Origin: Anaerovoracaceae bacterium | Lineage (GTDB): Bacteria; Bacillota; Clostridia; Peptostreptococcales; Anaerovoracaceae | NCBI GenBank assembly: GCA_050946555.1 | Contig: JBMNVA010000010.1 | Location: 5,825 to 69,824 of the forward strand | Direction: 5' to 3' | Length of the DNA stretch: 64,000 nt | Shown here: one piece after another, positions 47,834 to 56,953 of the stretch | Layout: every line of letters begins with the position of its first letter | Position numbering within the stretch: position 1 is the stretch's first letter | Notes under the pieces: model-generated | The model's database searches: none | What the model saw: only the letters and a program-made list of their open reading frames with translations | What the model was told of the DNA's origin: nothing | Position numbers and translations under genes: made by a program

Positions 47834-49321
47834 TCATTTTTCAAACCCATATGCGGCTTTTTCCATTTTTACATAGTCTTTATGTTTAATGACTTCGCCG
47901 TTTTCTCCTTCATATTCTCTTCCCCAGCCTGTCGCGATCGAGAAGATCATGACGCAGATGAGAATGATCAGGAAGTAGACATGGGTCGGGATCTGCATCG
48001 GCGATACGCTGTTGATGAACGGGAACTGCTTCGCGACATCATTCGCAGCCCCGACGACGATCATGATGAACATACTGGAGAACGGGTTCAGAAGCGGAAT
48101 CGTCGAAGCGAAGATCGACAGCAGGTTCGCGCGGCGATAAGGATGGATGTTCGCTTCCTGTCCCAGTTCATTGGCCACCGGTGAGAACATCAGGCACGCC
48201 GGTCCGTTCGCAGAACCGATCATCAGACCGGTGATGCTGACTCCCAGCGCAATGATGAATTCGGAACCGGTCGCTGACTTTGTGATGCTGAGATGGCTCA
48301 GTTTATTAATGATAGCATCCATCATGCCGGAATCCTGCAGTACACCGACCATTGCCGTTAACATATAGATGAAAATAACTGTTCCCGCAATATTCGTGAT
48401 CCCTTCGACCACGAATCCGCTGATTTCTCCATTCTTCGCGCCGACGATATCGGAGAATTCAAACAGCCCGGTGATGAGTCCGACGATCGAACCGGTGAAC
48501 ACGCCGGCCATCGCCGCCGTAAAAATGCTTGCCGTCTTGAATGCCACGAAGAGCAGCACCGCCATCGGGATCAGCATAAACAGGCCTTTCGGATTGGAAT
48601 ACTGTGCGACGACGCTGTTATCGAACTGCGCCTGCGTACCGTTCCCGCCGATCACGATATAAAGGAGCAGCGCCGGAACAAAAGCGACCCCAACATACTT
48701 GAACCGAGATTTGACAGTATCGATGATATTCGGCAGGCCCTCCCGGTTTTTGTACTCCTGCGTCTGCGATGCGACGAGCGTTACATCGGATACCGGTCCG
48801 ATCATATCGCCGAACAGCGCTCCGCTCATGACCGCCCCGAGGAACGTAGGGACATCCGCGCCGAAAGCAGCGCCCGCCGGAAGAAGTGCCGGGATCAGCG
48901 TCAGGAGCGTCCCGATCGATGAACCCGTGGACGTCGCGATGATCGCGGCGATAACAAACGCGAACACACACATGGTGCTTCCCCCGACATTCAGGACCGA
49001 ATCACCCAGCCAGATGAATCCCTGAGCGACCTGTCCTTTTGTCATCATCTTTCCAAAGACACTGACGATCAGCAGGATCAGTGTCAGCGTATTCGCAATA
49101 TCGCCCGACATCCCATGAATCGCAGCCTCCCAGAATGTCGAGATCTTTTTACTGAAGCAGCAGCCGATGATCAGGGCAACAACCCCGCCGATCGCGAGCC
49201 CGTACATATCGTACACACCCTTGATCACGAAAAAGTAAATGGCAAAAATGACGACGACGACCAATGGTACAAGCGCCATTCCTTTTCCAAAATGGAATTC
49301 CAGATCATATTTTTTATCCAC
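47834..49321 (-). CDS. NhaC-type Na+/H+ antiporter family transporter
   Basis: 495-aa polytopic protein with the repeated GxxxG-rich helices typical of the NhaC family. GTG start at 49321 with a GGAGGGAG RBS. Confidence 0.7.
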   Translation of the reverse strand: MDKKYDLEFHFGKGMALVPLVVVVIFAIYFFVIKGVYDMYGLAIGGVVALIIGCCFSKKISTFWEAAIHGMSGDIANTLTLILLIVSVFGKMMTKGQVAQGFIWLGDSVLNVGGSTMCVFAFVIAAIIATSTGSSIGTLLTLIPALLPAGAAFGADVPTFLGAVMSGALFGDMIGPVSDVTLVASQTQEYKNREGLPNIIDTVKSRFKYVGVAFVPALLLYIVIGGNGTQAQFDNSVVAQYSNPKGLFMLIPMAVLLFVAFKTASIFTAAMAGVFTGSIVGLITGLFEFSDIVGAKNGEISGFVVEGITNIAGTVIFIYMLTAMVGVLQDSGMMDAIINKLSHLSITKSATGSEFIIALGVSITGLMIGSANGPACLMFSPVANELGQEANIHPYRRANLLSIFASTIPLLNPFSSMFIMIVVGAANDVAKQFPFINSVSPMQIPTHVYFLIILICVMIFSIATGWGREYEGENGEVIKHKDYVKMEKAAYGFEK

Positions 49322-49844
49322 AGTATCTCCCTCCTATAATCTGACGAACACCTTAAGAGATTTATGTTGTCTGAATTATATCCCGGTTTTTAATGTACAT
49401 AAAGAGCAATTTAAGTCACTATAAAATGAGATTTAATTCATCTTTACGAGCTGCTTTTCTTGAGAGATTTACTGCCTCGGCGAAACAAATTTATTCCGGT
49501 ATCGATCCGGGATCCCGGCTTTGACGATGTGCGGAAAAGATTGAAATCAGGGAGTTACAAATGAAATCGGGAACAGCAGGCGGAAAGAAGGAGCCGCAGA
49601 CCCGTGCGCAGAACACCAGCCCTGAAAAAAGCGGACTCTGCGTTCAGCCTGAACCATGTTGCTTTTAAGAATATTGCAACATGAAGTTTAGCTCATGTTT
49701 CTGCGAGAAATGGGGATAAATCGGAGAAAAAAATTTAAATTTTTTATTGCCTTTTGCCGCAGATTCCCTTCAGCGGATATAAAAACGACCCCTGAGGGGT
49801 CGTAAAATAGAAAAAGAGCTGCTGATAAGAACGCACTCCGATCA

Positions 49845-50735
49845 TTAAATGTTCATCAGCCCGCTGTCCTCCACGAATCGAAAGATCTCTTTGCGGAAAA
49901 GTTCCGCCGCGAGCGTGATATATTCAGGATAAACGGTAACAAGGCCGATCCTTCGGTAAGCCTCTTTTTCCAGGGGATAGACTTTGATATTCCTTCCTTC
50001 ATAATCGACCGCCATGACCGGAGTAACAAGAAGTCCCAGGCCCTGTTCGACATACGTGATGCATGTCTCATCTGTTTCGATCCGGTAATCCGTATGCAGC
50101 GGAACCCCGATATCCTTGAGATATTTCGCCGGTTCTGTATCATATCCCTCCAGCTGCAGGATCAGCGAAGCCGCTTTGAGATCCTCGGCGGTGACCGTTT
50201 CTCCGTTCAACGGAACATAGTCAATCGGCGCAAAACATTTCATCGGATTTTTATGCAGCGGAAATACCGTCTGATCCGTCAGGGAATCAATGGAGCAGAT
50301 CGCAAGCTCTACATCGCCGTGTTCGATCCAGTCCAGGATCACATCATCACCGGACTGCATGACGACGACCTCAATATCAGGATATTGAGAATGGAACCGC
50401 TTCAAAATCTGCGGCATCCACCGTTTCGCCACACTATTGAATGTCCCGACCCGGACGATTCCACTGTCGGCCGATCGCAGGCTCGTCAACTGCTGATCCA
50501 GTGCTTCGCTGCACTGGATCAGATTGCGGATATACGGCAGCAGCAGTTTCCCGCTTTCTGTCAGTTCCACATTGTTTCGGTTTCGGATAAAAAGCGGGGA
50601 TCCGCACTCCGCTTCCATCTTAGCGATCATGTGGCTCACAGCGGACGGTGTGAGATCGAGGACCCTCGCGGCCTGCACAAAACTCTTCTGCTCGACGATC
50701 GCTTCAAAAACATGCAGGGAATAAATTGATGTCAT
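49845..50735 (-). CDS. LysR family transcriptional regulator
   Basis: N-terminal HTH (FVQAARVLDLTPSAVSHMIAKMEAECGSPLFIR) and a LysR substrate-binding domain. Confidence 0.9.
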   Translation of the reverse strand: MTSIYSLHVFEAIVEQKSFVQAARVLDLTPSAVSHMIAKMEAECGSPLFIRNRNNVELTESGKLLLPYIRNLIQCSEALDQQLTSLRSADSGIVRVGTFNSVAKRWMPQILKRFHSQYPDIEVVVMQSGDDVILDWIEHGDVELAICSIDSLTDQTVFPLHKNPMKCFAPIDYVPLNGETVTAEDLKAASLILQLEGYDTEPAKYLKDIGVPLHTDYRIETDETCITYVEQGLGLLVTPVMAVDYEGRNIKVYPLEKEAYRRIGLVTVYPEYITLAAELFRKEIFRFVEDSGLMNI

Positions 50736-50980
50736 GATTTCCTACTTTGATATTGAGATCCCTCCGGATCCATTCCAATATCAAGCCTCCGGAAACATTT
50801 TACCCCATAAGAAAAATCGTGTAAAGATTTTCCTGTCAGTACACAGAGGACCAAAATCGAGCAGAAAAGTCGCAATAATGCAGAACCGCTCTTCCGGCTG
50901 AATGATGATGGACGGCCACCCGGACTCCGGGAGGGAGAGATCCCGGCTGCTCAGGCGGAAGCCTCACCTCACTTCCTGCT

Positions 50981-51514
50981 TCAGAACGGCATGCTCTCTT
51001 CCGCAGTAGAAGCGGACGCACTGCTGTCCGATACCAGCACCCCGTCCGCGTCGACGGCCAGGAACTCATCCAGCTCAGCGTCATCTTCCGCCACTGCCGA
51101 TCTCCCGCCGGACGATCCGTCCTCTGCCGCGTCCTCCGGATCCTGCGAAGCGAGATCCTCTTCGTCCGCGTTCACCGTGCGCGTCGCCGCCGGACGATCC
51201 GTCACCGTAAAGGATCCGCTCCCTGCCGATCCGTTCCGTCCACCCAGGCCTTCCGCCGCGATCCCGTTCGTCTGGCAGGCATTGTACAGGCCGCAGAGCT
51301 TCTCCATCTCATCCGCGAACAGCGTGAGCCCCTTGCTCATCCTCGTGTGGTCCTCGTTCCAGTCACGGACGTCATACTTCGGCGGCTCCTTGCCGTTCCA
51401 GCAGACCAGATTGAACTCTCTCGTCCACCCGCTCGAGCGGCGGTTCAGGACACCGATGTGCTGGCGGATCTCAAATGTAACCGTTCTTTTCTCACTGTTG
51501 CTTGTCATTGTCAT
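50981..51514 (-). CDS. YdbC/PC4-like ssDNA-binding family protein with an acidic C-terminal tail
   Basis: The N-terminal ~75 aa (VTFEIRQHIGVLNRRSSGWTREFNLVCWNGKEPPKYDVRDWNEDHTRMSKGLTL) resemble the bacterial PC4-like YdbC family. The remainder is low-complexity and acidic. Confidence 0.65.
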   Translation of the reverse strand: MTMTSNSEKRTVTFEIRQHIGVLNRRSSGWTREFNLVCWNGKEPPKYDVRDWNEDHTRMSKGLTLFADEMEKLCGLYNACQTNGIAAEGLGGRNGSAGSGSFTVTDRPAATRTVNADEEDLASQDPEDAAEDGSSGGRSAVAEDDAELDEFLAVDADGVLVSDSSASASTAEESMPF

Positions 51515-51671
51515 CGTTCTCCTTTCTGAACACAGTCTGATTGGTGCCCTGATGTTACTATTTTTGGTAAATTATGTCAATTCAAATGAGTAAGAAAAAA
51601 GCGCCCGGGGAAAAGAAAATGTTTTCCCAAAGCGCCAGTATTTCAATGTGGCTGGACAAAAGGAACTTCCG

Positions 51672-52559
51672 CTATCCCTCCTGCACGAGATCGACAGACA
51701 CCAGCTCCGGCGGGTTGTTCAGACGCAGCGGGAAAGAGCTGTTCCCGAGCCCGCGGCTGATGATCATCGTCGTGTCCCCGATCCGATGCGCGCCCTCCGT
51801 GTATTTCGGCAGCTCCCCCTGCCCCGGCGCGAACAGCCCCTGCCCGTTCGGAAGCCGGAACTGACCGCCGTGCGCGTGGCCGGCCAGCACGACGTCGATC
51901 CCCGGGAGGACATAATAATCAAAATACTGCGGTTCGTGCGCGAGCAGGATGTTCAGATCCCCCGGATCGACCTTCGCGGCGAGCGCGGCAAGATCTGCCT
52001 GTAGGACCTCCGGCTGAAGCGGATCTTTTCTCTGCCGGCGGCCGGTCCCCCACTTCTGGTTCCGCGCGAGGAACACCGTATACTCGGACAGGCCGAGCAG
52101 GTTCACGCGGATCCCCGCCGTTCCCGGGACGTTCCCCGCCGGGAGGACCTTGTTCAGGAGGATCGGAACCCTTTCCTTCTCCAGGGCCTTCAGAAACTTC
52201 CTGTAGTCTTCCCGCGGAAGATCGAGCTCATGATTCCCCGCGATGTAGCAGACCGGCGCGAGCACAGCGAGCCCCCGGACCGCGGTCATCGCCGCCGGAT
52301 AGTTCGTATGGCTCCGGTCGATCAGATCGCCGGTCAGAACGATCTGATCCGGTCCCGCCGCGCGGACAGCGGAAAGAAGATCCCGCTGCGCCTCCCCGAA
52401 GTACTCGCTCTGAAGGTCGGAAACCTGCACGATTCGGTACGAAGAAACGCGCTCCCGTGCCGGACCCGGCCGGCAGGAGCCTGCCTTTTTCCCTACATTA
52501 TATTGATACGTATAGAACGTGATTCCTATTTTTTTGTTGCAGCGGTAGATGAGATCCAA
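51672..52559 (-). CDS. metallophosphoesterase (calcineurin-like)
   Basis: VSDLQSEYF, LTGDLIDR, AGNHELD, LLAHEP and GHAHGGQ motifs. TTG start at 52559 with AGGAGG 5 nt upstream. Confidence 0.85.
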   Translation of the reverse strand: MDLIYRCNKKIGITFYTYQYNVGKKAGSCRPGPARERVSSYRIVQVSDLQSEYFGEAQRDLLSAVRAAGPDQIVLTGDLIDRSHTNYPAAMTAVRGLAVLAPVCYIAGNHELDLPREDYRKFLKALEKERVPILLNKVLPAGNVPGTAGIRVNLLGLSEYTVFLARNQKWGTGRRQRKDPLQPEVLQADLAALAAKVDPGDLNILLAHEPQYFDYYVLPGIDVVLAGHAHGGQFRLPNGQGLFAPGQGELPKYTEGAHRIGDTTMIISRGLGNSSFPLRLNNPPELVSVDLVQEG

Positions 52560-52623
52560 ACGCTCCTCCTACTATAAATTCAAGGTATCGATCACCCGAC
52601 AGCCGGCCGGGTTCTCCTTTTGT

Positions 52624-53376
52624 CTAAAGATCGAGGTCGAGTTCGACCGGGCAGTGATCGCTCCCGAAGATGTCCGTGTGGATCTTCGCGTCGACGATCC
52701 GGTCCCTCAGCCGGTCGCTCACAAGAAAATAGTCGATCCGCCATCCGGCGTTGTTCTTCCGGGCGTTGAAGCGGTACGACCACCAGCTGTACGCGCCGGT
52801 CTTGTCCGGATAGAGATACCGGAACGTGTCCGTGAATCCGGCATCGAGGAGCTCCGTCATTTTCTGCCGCTCCTCATCCGAGAAGCCGGGGTTCCCGCGG
52901 TTCGGCTTCGGGTTCTTCAGGTCGATCTCCTCGTGCGCGACGTTCATGTCGCCGCAGAGGATGACCGGCTTGTCGCGGTCGAGCGAGGTAAGGTACTCCC
53001 GGAGGTCGTCCTCCCACTTCATGCGGTAGTCCAGGCGCTTCAGCTCGTCCTGGGCGTTCGGGACGTACACGTTCATCAGGTAGAACGGCTCGTACTCCAG
53101 CAGGATCGCGCGGCCCTCATCGGTGTGATCCCCGAAGTTGTACACCGCGTGCTCCGGGGCGCGCCGAGCGAACACCGCCGTCCCCGAATAGCCCTTCCGC
53201 TCCGCGCTGCAGAAAAACTCCTCATACTCCGGCAGATCGACCTCCGCCTGGCCCTCCTGCATCTTCGTCTCCTGGATGCAGATGAAGTCCGCGTCCAACG
53301 AGCGGACCGAATCAATGAATCCTTTTTTCAGACAGGCCCTCAGGCCGTTCACGTTCCACGATACGAATTTCAGCAT
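52624..53376 (-). CDS. xth: exodeoxyribonuclease III
   Basis: MLKFVSWNVNGLRA...ICIQETK...GDMNVAHEEIDL...WSYR...GWRIDYFLVS...GSDHCPV. Confidence 0.95.
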   Translation of the reverse strand: MLKFVSWNVNGLRACLKKGFIDSVRSLDADFICIQETKMQEGQAEVDLPEYEEFFCSAERKGYSGTAVFARRAPEHAVYNFGDHTDEGRAILLEYEPFYLMNVYVPNAQDELKRLDYRMKWEDDLREYLTSLDRDKPVILCGDMNVAHEEIDLKNPKPNRGNPGFSDEERQKMTELLDAGFTDTFRYLYPDKTGAYSWWSYRFNARKNNAGWRIDYFLVSDRLRDRIVDAKIHTDIFGSDHCPVELDLDL

Positions 53377-53433
53377 TTTCTCCTCCTCTGGCTGCCTGGC
53401 ATGCGGCTTCTGTCATTATAAAAAGAAGAAGAT

Positions 53434-53616
53434 AGAAATGCAACTCGACCTCATTTTTTTAATGAATAAAAAAGCAGCGCAGCCTCATTTTTTCAACGAA
53501 TGAAAACGCAAATCAGCCTCATTTTTTCAACGAATGAAAACGCAAATCGACCTCATTTTTCAGGCGGGCAGAAATGCAAATTGACCTCTATATTAAATAG
53601 TGCAAAAAGTGCCGAC
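53434..53616. repeat. about five tandem 34-bp iterons (two perfect copies)
   Basis: Units start at 53447, 53481, 53515, 53549 and 53583. Units 53481-53514 and 53515-53548 are identical (agcctcattttttcaacgaatgaaaacgcaaatc). Each perfect unit contains the palindrome TTTTCA-acgaa-TGAAAA. Confidence 0.85.
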
Positions 53617-53634
53617 GCGAGTGCAGTGAAAGCG

Positions 53635-53664
53635 TTGACGTAGACAGAATTATTGTGCTATTAT
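53635..53664 (+). promoter_or_regulatory. sigma-A type promoter of the gcv operon
   Basis: TTGACG (53635-53640), an 18-nt spacer, then the extended -10 TGcTATTAT (hexamer at 53659-53664). Confidence 0.5.
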
Positions 53665-53689
53665 GAATCTAACATAATAAACAGGATGA

Positions 53690-53872
53690 TGGATTTGGGA
53701 GAGACCGCTCACTGCCGAAGCGGAGCCGAAGGGGCAAGAATCTCGAGAAACTCTCAGGCGAAAGGACCAAACTCCGGACAAAACTCTGGAAAGCAGAACT
53801 GCACCGAAGAGGTTATTCTTTCAGGTAACCAGACAGAGCACCGAGGCGAAACCTCCCTGTGCTCTTTTTTTT
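53690..53872 (+). promoter_or_regulatory. glycine riboswitch with terminator expression platform
   Basis: Aptamer 1 has GGGAGAG (53697), CCGAAGGGGCAA (53726) and CTCTCAGGCGAAAGGAC (53751). A second, diverged aptamer-like unit has CTCTGGAAAG, CACCGAAGAGG and TTTCAGGTAACCAGACAG. This is followed by the hairpin gagcac...gtgctc plus T8 (53865-53872). Confidence 0.85.
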
Positions 53873-53976
53873 CAGCCTCCAGCCCCTTTCAGCGCGACCG
53901 GAGATGACTGATGAAAAGATGTCCGCACGGACCCGGCAGGGAGCCATCATTCCAGTTATTAGTGAGGAGGAAAACT

Positions 53977-55077
53977 ATGGCAGAAGAAAAACTGAAGAGA
54001 ACGACTTTATATGACACGCATATAAAGTACGGCGGAAAAATGGTCCCGTTTGCCGGATGGGAAATGCCGGTCCAGTACAAAGCGGGCGTCGTAAAGGAGC
54101 ATATGGCGGTCCGGGAAAAATGCGGACTGTTCGACGTTTCCCACATGGGTGAAGTCTTCCTGAAAGGGCCGGATTCGACAAAGAACCTGAACTGGCTCCT
54201 GACGAACGACTACACCGATCTGAAGGCGGGACAGGCTCGCTACAGCCTGATGTGCAACGAGCACGGCGGTGTCGTCGATGACCTGATCGTGTACAAGCAC
54301 GATGACGAGTTCTTCATGATCGTCGTGAACGCGGCGAACCGCGAGAAGGACTTCAAGTGGATGTGCGATCACAAGATCGGGAACGCTGAATTCACGGACG
54401 TCTCGGACGACTGGGGACAGCTCGCACTGCAGGGCCCGAAAGCGAAGGAAGTCCTGAAGAAGCTCGTACCGGCGGACATGATCCCGGCGGGATACTATGA
54501 GGTCAACTGGGACGCGGAGCTGGACGGCGTGAAGTGCATCATCTCCACGACCGGATACACCGGCGAGGACGGCGTCGAGATCTACATGCCGGCGGCGGAA
54601 GCTCCGAAATTCTGGGAAGACATCATCCAGGCCGGCCAGGAAGAAGGCATCCTCCCGTGCGGACTCGGCGCGCGCGATACCCTGCGTCTGGAAGCCGGCA
54701 TGCCTCTGTACGGCCATGAGATGACCGACGATATCACTCCGAAAGAAGCGCTGATGTCCATGTTCGTCAAAATGGACAAGGACGACTTTATCGGCAAAGC
54801 CGCGATCGAAGCCGGCACCCCGCCGAAGAGGAAAAAGGTCGGCCTGGAAGTCGTCGGCCGCGGGATCATCCGCGAAGAGATGGACGTCTATCGGAACGGC
54901 AAAAAGATCGGCGTGACCCTGTCCGGAACGAAGTGCCCGTACATCAACAAGGCGGTCGCGACCGCACTGATCGACGCGGATCAGCGTGAACTCGGCGAGG
55001 AAGTCGAAGTCGATGTCCGCGGACGCATGGTCAAGGCGAAGATGGTCAAATCACAGTTCTACAAGAGAGAACAATAG
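53977..55077 (+). CDS. gcvT: glycine cleavage system aminomethyltransferase GcvT
   Basis: Start at MAEEKLKRTTLYDTHIKYGGKMVPFAGWEMPVQY (GAGGAGG RBS). The track start at 53911 lies inside the riboswitch 3' flank. Confidence 0.95.
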   Translation: MAEEKLKRTTLYDTHIKYGGKMVPFAGWEMPVQYKAGVVKEHMAVREKCGLFDVSHMGEVFLKGPDSTKNLNWLLTNDYTDLKAGQARYSLMCNEHGGVVDDLIVYKHDDEFFMIVVNAANREKDFKWMCDHKIGNAEFTDVSDDWGQLALQGPKAKEVLKKLVPADMIPAGYYEVNWDAELDGVKCIISTTGYTGEDGVEIYMPAAEAPKFWEDIIQAGQEEGILPCGLGARDTLRLEAGMPLYGHEMTDDITPKEALMSMFVKMDKDDFIGKAAIEAGTPPKRKKVGLEVVGRGIIREEMDVYRNGKKIGVTLSGTKCPYINKAVATALIDADQRELGEEVEVDVRGRMVKAKMVKSQFYKREQ

Positions 55078-55187
55078 AGTTCCTTTTTGTCCCTGCTTCA
55101 GTGTATAATAGACTTGTCAGAATTAGCCGCATCTTTCCCGTGTGAGTGAGGCGGGATGACGCGACATTGATAACGGAGGTAAATAAA

Positions 55188-55571
55188 ATGAGAGATCCTA
55201 AGGAACTGATGTATTCCAAATCACATGAATGGGTAGATTTCGTAGATGACAACACCGCATATATCGGCCTGACCGACTATGCGCAGAAAGAGCTCGGCGA
55301 CCTGGTGTTCGTCAACCTGCCGGAAGAGGGCGATGAAGTCGAAGCGGAAGAGACATTCGCTGATGTCGAATCCGTCAAGGCGGTTTCGGACGTCTATTCC
55401 CCGATCAGCGGCACCGTCGCGGAGATCAACGAAGATCTGCTGGACGCACCGGAAGAGATCAACAACGATCCGTACGAAGCATGGTTCGTCAAAATCACGG
55501 ACATTACGGACAAAGGCGACCTGATCGACGCCAAAGCATATGACGAATATGTTGAGTCGCTCGACGAGTAA
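55188..55571 (+). CDS. gcvH: glycine cleavage system protein H
   Basis: YSKSHEWV...[23 protein letters not shown]...[15 protein letters not shown] (lipoyl-Lys motif). Start at MRDPKEL with a GGAGG RBS. Confidence 0.95.
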   Translation: MRDPKELMYSKSHEWVDFVDDNTAYIGLTDYAQKELGDLVFVNLPEEGDEVEAEETFADVESVKAVSDVYSPISGTVAEINEDLLDAPEEINNDPYEAWFVKITDITDKGDLIDAKAYDEYVESLDE

Positions 55572-55612
55572 GGAGCCACCACACGAACTCAAACGGAAAT
55601 CGAGGTGATTTG

Positions 55613-56953
55613 ATGGGTTCATTTGTACCAAATACGAAGAAGGAACAGGAGGAAATGCTGAAGGAAGCCGGGTATTCCAGCTTTGAAGACATGCTTTCCT
55701 GCATTCCGGAAGAAGACAAACTGAAACGGCCGCTGAATCTCCCTTCGGGACTCAGCGAAATGGAAGCGTACCGCAAGGTCGAAGAGATCTCCGAGAAGAA
55801 TGTCGTTTACAAGAGCATTTTCCGCGGTGCCGGTGCGTACAACCATTACATCCCGGCGATCGTGAAGAGCGTCGTCTCCAAAGAAGGTCTCCAGACCGCG
55901 TACACGCCGTATCAGGCAGAGATCAGCCAGGGCGTGCTCCAGTCGATCTTTGAGTATCAGACGATGATCTGCGAGCTGACCGGCATGGATGTCGCGAACG
56001 CATCCCATTACGACGGTTCGACCGCCGCGGCGGAAGCGATCCCGATGTGCAAGGACCGGAAGCGCACGGTCGCGTATGTTTCCTCGACCGTTCATCCGGG
56101 AACGATTCAGGTCATGAAAACGTACTGCTTCGGCAGCGACACGGAGATCAAGGTCGTCGGCGCCAAGGACGGCGTCACGGACCCGGACGAACTCGCGAAG
56201 GCGATGGAAGACAAAAGCGCATGCTGCTTTGTGATGCAGCAGCCGAACTTCCTCGGAAATATCGAAGATGCAGAAAAACTGGGCGAGATCGTTCATGACG
56301 CCGGCGCGAAATTTGTCATGAGCTGCAACCCGATCTCACTCGCCATCCTGAAGACACCGGCAGAGTGCGGAGCGGACATCTGCGTCGGCGACGCGCAGCC
56401 GCTCGGCATGCCGATCGCTTACGGCGGCCCGTATGTCGGATTCATGGCAACAAAGAGCAAGATGATGAGAAAGCTGCCGGGAAGAATCGTCGGCGAGACG
56501 ACGGACGATGCCGGAAACCGTGCGTACGTCCTGACCCTCCAGGCCAGAGAGCAGCACATCCGCCGCGAGAAGGCGAGCTCCAACATCTGCTCGAACGAAG
56601 CGCTCTGCGCTCTCACCGCGTCCTGCTACATGGCCGCGATGGGAAAGAAGGGCATGGAACAGGCGGCAACGCTCAGCATGTCCAAAGCGCACTATATGAA
56701 GAGTGAACTGGAAAAGGTCGGCGTCAAGGGATCTTATGACCAGCCGTTCTTCAATGAATTCACGACGACGAACGAAGGCATGAGCGGGATCATTTCCGTC
56801 GCGCTGGAAAAGAACGGGATCCTCGGCGGACTCCCGGTCAACGCGGACCAGATCATCTGGTGCACGACCGAAATGAACACGAAGGCCGACATCGACAAGG
56901 CTGTCGCGATCGTGAAACAGGCGCTGGAAGACGGGAAGGAGGCTGAATCATGA
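55613..56953 (+). CDS. gcvPA: glycine dehydrogenase (decarboxylating) subunit 1
   Basis: FRGAGAYNHYIPA...YTPYQAEISQG.LQ..FEYQTMICELTGMDVANAS. Confidence 0.95.
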   Translation: MGSFVPNTKKEQEEMLKEAGYSSFEDMLSCIPEEDKLKRPLNLPSGLSEMEAYRKVEEISEKNVVYKSIFRGAGAYNHYIPAIVKSVVSKEGLQTAYTPYQAEISQGVLQSIFEYQTMICELTGMDVANASHYDGSTAAAEAIPMCKDRKRTVAYVSSTVHPGTIQVMKTYCFGSDTEIKVVGAKDGVTDPDELAKAMEDKSACCFVMQQPNFLGNIEDAEKLGEIVHDAGAKFVMSCNPISLAILKTPAECGADICVGDAQPLGMPIAYGGPYVGFMATKSKMMRKLPGRIVGETTDDAGNRAYVLTLQAREQHIRREKASSNICSNEALCALTASCYMAAMGKKGMEQAATLSMSKAHYMKSELEKVGVKGSYDQPFFNEFTTTNEGMSGIISVALEKNGILGGLPVNADQIIWCTTEMNTKADIDKAVAIVKQALEDGKEAES

